Shown in pieces: positions 58,538-64,000 of a stretch of DNA of 64,000 nucleotides. The notes under the pieces are model-generated. The model ran no database searches, had not been told where the DNA came from, and worked only from the letters and a program-made list of their open reading frames with translations. Source of the stretch: Clostridia bacterium (GTDB taxonomy: Bacteria > Bacillota > Clostridia > Christensenellales > Aristaeellaceae); contig JAFWEJ010000013.1 of the NCBI GenBank assembly GCA_017512985.1, positions 31,695 through 95,694 on the forward strand. Reading direction: 5' to 3'. A program made the position numbers and the translations under genes. Position 1 is the stretch's first letter, and each line of letters begins with the position of its first letter.

Positions 58538-60607
58538 TCAGCCCACTCCGTTGCCATGATTTTTCTTGTTGTACAGCCGGCGTGTCCACTGCATCTTCGG
58601 CCGGTCGTATTCCGGGATCAGGTACGTGATGTTGTTTTCATCCCTCCAGCTGACCACGGTCAGCACCACCGCGCCGAGCGGCCTGTCGATCACATAGTTC
58701 CTGAAGCGGAATGAACCGTGAACCGTCCTGTCATACGGAGCCAGCGTGTAGGGATAGTCTGCTTCAAAATATGTTTTCTCTCCGTCCTTGTTGCAGACAA
58801 ACGGTTCCTCGTTCTCATCGTAGCACGCGATGGACAGATGAACATTCTTGATGTTGAAATCAGACACGTTCCGCAGGACGATCTTGATCTCGTTCTTGGA
58901 GTTCACGCTCAGATCTTCGATCCGGATGGCATGGTTAAAGTCGCCGACCTTGATCGTGGTCATGGCGCTGAATCCGCCGTCCTCCGTAATGGCGGTCACT
59001 GTCGTGGTGCCGCTGGCAACGCCGCCCACTTTGCCCGTGCTTGTTCCGTTGGAGTTGACCGTCGCGATATACTCGTTGGCGGAAACCCACCGCACTTTCT
59101 GGTTGTTGGCGTTCCTCGGTTCAACCACCGCCTGGATCGTCCTGCTCGCGCTGCGCTGGACATAATACAGCGGCAGTTTCATGCTCACGCCGGTCACCGG
59201 CTGGATCACCGTGATCTTGACCGTTCCGTAGCGCCTGCCGGAATCCTTCGATGTCGCGACAATCGTCGCGACGCCCTTGTTGAGTCCCGTCACCATGCCG
59301 TTTTCATCCACAGCGGCGACTTTGGGATAATTGCTCTTGAATGTCAGCGCCGTTACCGTGGCGTCCTCAGGCAGGATATTCCACCGCGTCTGGACCCTCT
59401 CGCCGACCTTAATGCTCGTTTCGGCCGGATCGTTTGCGTTTTCGACCTTCGTCACCAGCTGGCTGACGACCACCCTTGCTTCCGCCTGCACTTCCGGATT
59501 GGAAATGCTTGTCGCGTACAGTGTGCACTCGCCGGCTTTCACGCCGGTCAGCTGGCCGTATTTGGTAACGGTGGCGATCGTCTCGTCCGATACGGACCAG
59601 GTTACGTTCTTGTCCGTCGCGTCCGCCGGCAGTACCGTTGCCTTGGCCGGAGCAGTCCTTCCGACAATAACCGGAACCTCCGCAGGGGTAATGGAAACCG
59701 ATTTCGCAGGCTGCGTCACCGTCAGCTGAATGGACTGTGCCGCGCGCGAACCGTCCGCGGCCGACGCGACGATCGTCGCGTAGCCGCGCTTGAGGCCGGT
59801 CACAACGCCGTTCTCATCCACTGTCGCGACCTGCATCGACCTGGAGCTCCAGACCACCTGCGGTATGCTCGCATTCTCCGGCAGGCATGCTGCTGTCAGC
59901 TGCAGGGTGGATCCCGCGGCAACCTGCTTTGATCCGGCGTTGATCTGAATCGACTTGACGGGCTGGATCACCAGCACCCGGAACGTTTCCGTAACGTCCG
60001 GATTCAGCACACTGGCCACCACCAGGTCGCATTCGCCCCGCTGCACCGCTTTCAGGTTTGCGCCGGTCACTCTTGCGACGCCCGCGTCAGATGACGTGAA
60101 CGTCACTCTCTTGCCGCTGGCGTCCGTCGGCGTACAGGTCGCGGCCAGGGCGACCGTCACGCCGGCCGGGATAACCAGCACCTGATTGTCCGTCTGTTCC
60201 CTCAGAAGGTCAGCGACCGCCGGATCGTCCGGTCTGTAAACGGACATTTTGGAAGTGTTCAGCGTCACTTTGGTCACCGCGCGCAGAACGTTCACCGTAA
60301 CCTGCGTCTTGCCGGCCTGCTTCCCGTTGCGCATCAGTATGGCGGAGATCTGTGTGCTGCCTTTTGTGACGCCGGTGACCATGCCGTCTCCGGAAACTGT
60401 CGCAACAGCCGGCCTGGCGCTGGCGTACACGATCTCGCCGTCCCCGCCATAGTTGCCTTCCCGTATTAATTCGGTAGGGATTGTTTCGCCTTCAAAGACT
60501 TCAATCGGCTTCTGCCTGAAGGTAAATACGTTTCCCGCCAGCGCGGGAACCGCCGCGGTCAGGCAGAACATAAGGACGAGCACCCAGCTTATCAGCCGCT
60601 TCTTCAT
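58538..60607 (-). CDS. Secreted protein with about 5 bacterial Ig-like (Big_2) domains
   Basis: Signal peptide ending ALA; repeated (W/F)xSS...VATVDENGxVTG units. Confidence 0.88.
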   Translation of the reverse strand: MKKRLISWVLVLMFCLTAAVPALAGNVFTFRQKPIEVFEGETIPTELIREGNYGGDGEIVYASARPAVATVSGDGMVTGVTKGSTQISAILMRNGKQAGKTQVTVNVLRAVTKVTLNTSKMSVYRPDDPAVADLLREQTDNQVLVIPAGVTVALAATCTPTDASGKRVTFTSSDAGVARVTGANLKAVQRGECDLVVASVLNPDVTETFRVLVIQPVKSIQINAGSKQVAAGSTLQLTAACLPENASIPQVVWSSRSMQVATVDENGVVTGLKRGYATIVASAADGSRAAQSIQLTVTQPAKSVSITPAEVPVIVGRTAPAKATVLPADATDKNVTWSVSDETIATVTKYGQLTGVKAGECTLYATSISNPEVQAEARVVVSQLVTKVENANDPAETSIKVGERVQTRWNILPEDATVTALTFKSNYPKVAAVDENGMVTGLNKGVATIVATSKDSGRRYGTVKITVIQPVTGVSMKLPLYYVQRSASRTIQAVVEPRNANNQKVRWVSANEYIATVNSNGTSTGKVGGVASGTTTVTAITEDGGFSAMTTIKVGDFNHAIRIEDLSVNSKNEIKIVLRNVSDFNIKNVHLSIACYDENEEPFVCNKDGEKTYFEADYPYTLAPYDRTVHGSFRFRNYVIDRPLGAVVLTVVSWRDENNITYLIPEYDRPKMQWTRRLYNKKNHGNGVG

Positions 60608-60752
60608 TGTTTTTCTTTCCCTTCAAAATTGTTTCCTGTGATTTCCGGGCAAACCGGAAGGAAACTCCCCGTCCGCAGGCGGTTCGGTTCCGTTATCCAT
60701 CAATAATACGCAGTACGGCAGTCCCGGATTCCGGCCGGAATCCCGGATGAAT

Positions 60753-60781
60753 AAAAAACGGTGCCGTCTTTCCGGCACCGT
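60753..60781 (-). terminator. Terminator after ireB
   Basis: acggtgccg/cggcaccgt followed by a T-run on the minus strand. Confidence 0.75.
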
Positions 60782-60792
60782 GTGTAAGACGG

Positions 60793-61047
60793 TCAGTGAG
60801 TGTCCAGATAGGATCGGACCAGTTCCTCCAGGATCTCGTCCCTTTCCAGGCGGCAGATCAGGCTCCGCGCGGAATTGTAGCTGGTAATGTATGTCGGTTC
60901 CCCGGTCACAAGGTAGCCGACCATCTGCGTGATCGGGTCATAACCCTTTGTCTGCAGCGCTTTATAGACGTACATGATGATATCGTGGGCTTCATTGCCG
61001 GTGCCCACGATCGGGTCCATTTTATGGGTGTTGAACAGTTCTTCCAT
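60793..61047 (-). CDS. ireB: IreB/ReoM (DUF965) regulatory phosphoprotein
   Basis: [38 protein letters not shown]...RDEILEELV. Confidence 0.92.
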   Translation of the reverse strand: MEELFNTHKMDPIVGTGNEAHDIIMYVYKALQTKGYDPITQMVGYLVTGEPTYITSYNSARSLICRLERDEILEELVRSYLDTH

Positions 61048-61204
61048 ACTGATTCCCCCTTTTTGCGCCTTTCAATGTATTATACTACATCTTGCGCAGG
61101 AAAAACAATACTTTCCCCCATCTGGTACGCATAATTTTTCTTGCTTCTCTCCTGTTCTTTTTATATAATGAAGCAAGCGTTTTTTCACGGAAGGAGTCGG
61201 CATC

Positions 61205-62896
61205 ATGGAAGAAACAAACGCAAAAGGAAACTTTATCTGGGACGCGATCGACAAGGATCTGGAGGACAAGCGCTATACCGAAGTCCACACCCGCTTTCCC
61301 CCGGAACCCAACGGATATATGCATATCGGCCACTGCAAGGCCCTGATCATGGACTTCCTGACCGCGGAAAAATACGGCGGAAAGTGCAACCTGCGCTTTG
61401 ACGACACCAACCCTGCCAAGGAAGACACCGAATACGTGGAAGCCATCAAGCGGGATATCCACTGGCTGGGCTTCCACTGGACCGGCGGCGAATTCTACGC
61501 CTCCGACTATTATGACAAGTGCTACGAGATCGCAGAGGAGTGGATCCGCCGCGGCCTCGCCTATGTGGACGAACTGAGCAAGGACGAAATGCGCGAATAC
61601 CGCGGCACCCTGACCGAGCCCGGAAAGAACAGCCCCTGGCGCGACCGTCCCGCGGAGGAAAGCCTGGATCTCTTCCGCCGCATGAAGGCAGGCGAGTTCC
61701 CGGAAGGCAGCAAGACTCTCCGGATGAAGATCGACATGGCTTCCCCGAACATCGTCATGCGGGATCCCGCCATGTACCGCATCCTGTACAAGGAACACTG
61801 GCGCACCGGGAACAAGTGGTGCATCTATCCCATGTACGATTTCTCCCACCCCATCGGCGACGCGCTGGAAGGCATCAGCCATTCCATGTGCTCCCTTGAG
61901 TATGAAATTCACCGCCCCCTGTATGACTGGGTCGTGGAAAAGAGCGCGGACATGCTGCCCGCCCGTCCCCGCCAGATTGAGTTCTCCCGCCTGAATATGA
62001 CCGGCACGGTCATGTCCAAGCGCTATCTCCGCCAGCTGGTGGAAGGAAACTATGTCGCCGGCTGGGACGATCCCCGGATGCCCACCCTGTCCGCCATGCG
62101 CCGCCGTGGCTACCCCGCCATGGCCATCCGGAACTTTGTGGACACCATCGGCATGAGCAAGGCCGATTCCGTTGTGGACTACGCCGTGCTGGAACACTGC
62201 GTCCGCGACGTCCTGGGAGAAACCGCTCCCCGCGCCATGGCCGTGCTGGATCCGGTGAAGGTCGTCCTGACCAACTGGCCGGAAGGCGAAACGAAGACCG
62301 TGACCCTGGAAAACCATCCGGACCATCCGGAAATGGGCGAACGGACCCTCGCCTTCGGCAGGGAACTGTGGATCGACCGGGAAGACTTCATGGAAGTCCC
62401 CGTCAAAAAGTACCAGCGTATGTTCCCCGGCAATGAAGTCCGCCTCAAGGGCGCCTACATCGTCCGCTGCGACAGCTGCGAGAAGGATGCCGACGGCAAC
62501 GTCACCGAGATCCGTTGCACCGTGGACCTGGATTCCTTCTCCGGCAGCGCCGGCGCCGACCGGAAGATCAAGGGCAAAACCCTGCACTGGGTCCCCGCGG
62601 ATGACTGCATCCCCTTTGAAGCCCGCCTGTATGAGCCTCTCCTCAACGACAACCTGGACGATGAGGAAGCTGAAGCGGACAAAAAGGACTTCATCTCCCG
62701 CCTGAACCCGGAAAGCCTGAAGGTTTGCCGCGGCTATGCCGAAAAGGTCATTGCCTCCGCGGAAACCGGCACCTCTTTCCAGTTCCTGCGCACCGGCTAC
62801 TTCTGCAAGGATCCGGATTCCACCGGCGCCCTGCCGGTCTACAACCGCACCGTCGGTCTCCGCGACACCTTCGCCAGGCAGACCCAGCAGGCCTGA
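61205..62896 (+). CDS. glnS: Glutamine--tRNA ligase
   Basis: TRFPPEPNGYMHIGH, RFDDTNP, YPMYDF, MSKR, WDDPRMPT. Confidence 0.97.
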   Translation: MEETNAKGNFIWDAIDKDLEDKRYTEVHTRFPPEPNGYMHIGHCKALIMDFLTAEKYGGKCNLRFDDTNPAKEDTEYVEAIKRDIHWLGFHWTGGEFYASDYYDKCYEIAEEWIRRGLAYVDELSKDEMREYRGTLTEPGKNSPWRDRPAEESLDLFRRMKAGEFPEGSKTLRMKIDMASPNIVMRDPAMYRILYKEHWRTGNKWCIYPMYDFSHPIGDALEGISHSMCSLEYEIHRPLYDWVVEKSADMLPARPRQIEFSRLNMTGTVMSKRYLRQLVEGNYVAGWDDPRMPTLSAMRRRGYPAMAIRNFVDTIGMSKADSVVDYAVLEHCVRDVLGETAPRAMAVLDPVKVVLTNWPEGETKTVTLENHPDHPEMGERTLAFGRELWIDREDFMEVPVKKYQRMFPGNEVRLKGAYIVRCDSCEKDADGNVTEIRCTVDLDSFSGSAGADRKIKGKTLHWVPADDCIPFEARLYEPLLNDNLDDEEAEADKKDFISRLNPESLKVCRGYAEKVIASAETGTSFQFLRTGYFCKDPDSTGALPVYNRTVGLRDTFARQTQQA

Positions 62897-63135
62897 TACC
62901 GGAGCCCTTAATAATTCGTCACTTTTAACATGCCATCCCGAGCGCAGCGAAGGATTTCCGCTGCAGCGACGTTTCCCCTGCGGGGTGTGGGGCGCAGCCC
63001 CACCGCCATATAATCCCCGTCTCCGTGCCGTTCAATCAGCAATACCCTGATGCCGAAGCACGGAGAAGGGGGCAGGGGAAAGTGGTTTCCAGACGCTGCA
63101 TACGATAATAATTCATCCATGGAGGAAAATGAGTT

Positions 63136-64000
63136 ATGACTGTCAGAACACGTTTCGCGCCGTCCCCCACCGGCTTCATGCACCTCGGCGGCGTTCGCAC
63201 GGCGCTTTACGCCTATCTTTATGCCAAGCAGAACAACGGTACCTTTATCCTGCGCATCGAGGACACCGACCAGGAGCGCTTCGTCGAAGGCGCGACCGAG
63301 GTCATCTACGACACCCTCCGCGCCTGCGGCCTGAACTGGGATGAAGGCCCCGACGTCGGCGGCGATTACGGCCCCTATATCCAGTCCGAGCGCAAAGCCA
63401 CCTATCTCCCCTATGCGGAGCAGCTGGTCCGGTCCGGCCATGCCTATTACTGCTTCTGCTCCAAAGAAGAGATCGACGCGCGCAGGGCCGCGGTGGAAGC
63501 CGCCGGCGGCACCTGGAAGTATGACAAGCACTGCCTGCGCCTGACGCCTGAGGAAGTCGAAGCGAAAAAGACCGCCGGCATCCCGTGGACCATCCGCATG
63601 AACGCGCCCACCGAGGGTGAGACCAGCTACAGCGACGTGGTCTTCGGCGACATGACCTTCAAAAACGCGGAATCCATGGACGACATGGTCCTCATCAAGC
63701 AGGACGGCATGCCCACCTACAACTTCGCCAACGTCATCGACGACCACCTCATGGGCATCACCCATGTCATGCGCGGCATGGAATACCTTTCCTCCACGCC
63801 CCGCTACAATTACCTCTACAATGCCCTGGGCTGGGAAATCCCGACCTATATTCACCTGCCCACCGTCATGCGGGACGCCACCCACAAGCTTTCAAAACGG
63901 GACGGTGACGCCTATTATTCCGATTACATTGAAAAGGGCTTCCTGACCGAAGCGCTGGTCAACTACCTCGCGCTGGTCGGCTGGAACCCCGGCACGGACC
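63136..64000 (+). CDS. gltX: Glutamate--tRNA ligase (runs off window)
   Basis: Manual translation [25 protein letters not shown]...RIEDTD...KLSKR. Confidence 0.96.
   Translation, partial: MTVRTRFAPSPTGFMHLGGVRTALYAYLYAKQNNGTFILRIEDTDQERFVEGATEVIYDTLRACGLNWDEGPDVGGDYGPYIQSERKATYLPYAEQLVRSGHAYYCFCSKEEIDARRAAVEAAGGTWKYDKHCLRLTPEEVEAKKTAGIPWTIRMNAPTEGETSYSDVVFGDMTFKNAESMDDMVLIKQDGMPTYNFANVIDDHLMGITHVMRGMEYLSSTPRYNYLYNALGWEIPTYIHLPTVMRDATHKLSKRDGDAYYSDYIEKGFLTEALVNYLALVGWNPGTD

Noticed and set aside
62897-63135. T-box riboswitch before gltX
   Set aside because: No convincing GGTGGNACCGCG T-box or following terminator; kept only as an unexplained structure

Overview
This is a 64 kb, GC-rich chromosomal window from a Clostridia-like (Bacillota) bacterium, coded mostly on the minus strand. 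From left to right it holds: partial uvrC; two GNAT genes; an AT-rich MazE/MazF-like toxin-antitoxin pair; a MATE transporter; the S10-spc ribosomal cluster (rpsJ to secY, adk, map, KOW protein, infA, rpmJ), ending without the alpha operon; an rpiB-parA-parB-sugar transferase-split transketolase-licD-MBL hydrolase-ABC-F run; a metal ABC pair; a Suv3-like helicase; an 8-gene MoxR/DUF58/vWA/ABC operon; an HXXXD acyltransferase and amylosucrase; and ireB, glnS and partial gltX. Two loci stand out. (1) An STT3/AglB-type oligosaccharyltransferase (WWDYG) sits in an apparent operon with mnmG and two sequon-bearing exported proteins, a candidate N-glycosylation system in a Gram-positive lineage. (2) A single 1096-aa adenylation-ACP-alpha-oxoamine synthase fusion is a candidate sphingoid/aminoketone lipid synthase. 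AT-rich heptamer arrays recur at gene junctions. No tRNA, rRNA, CRISPR array or transposase was recognised. All calls come from motif recognition by eye; no searches were run.
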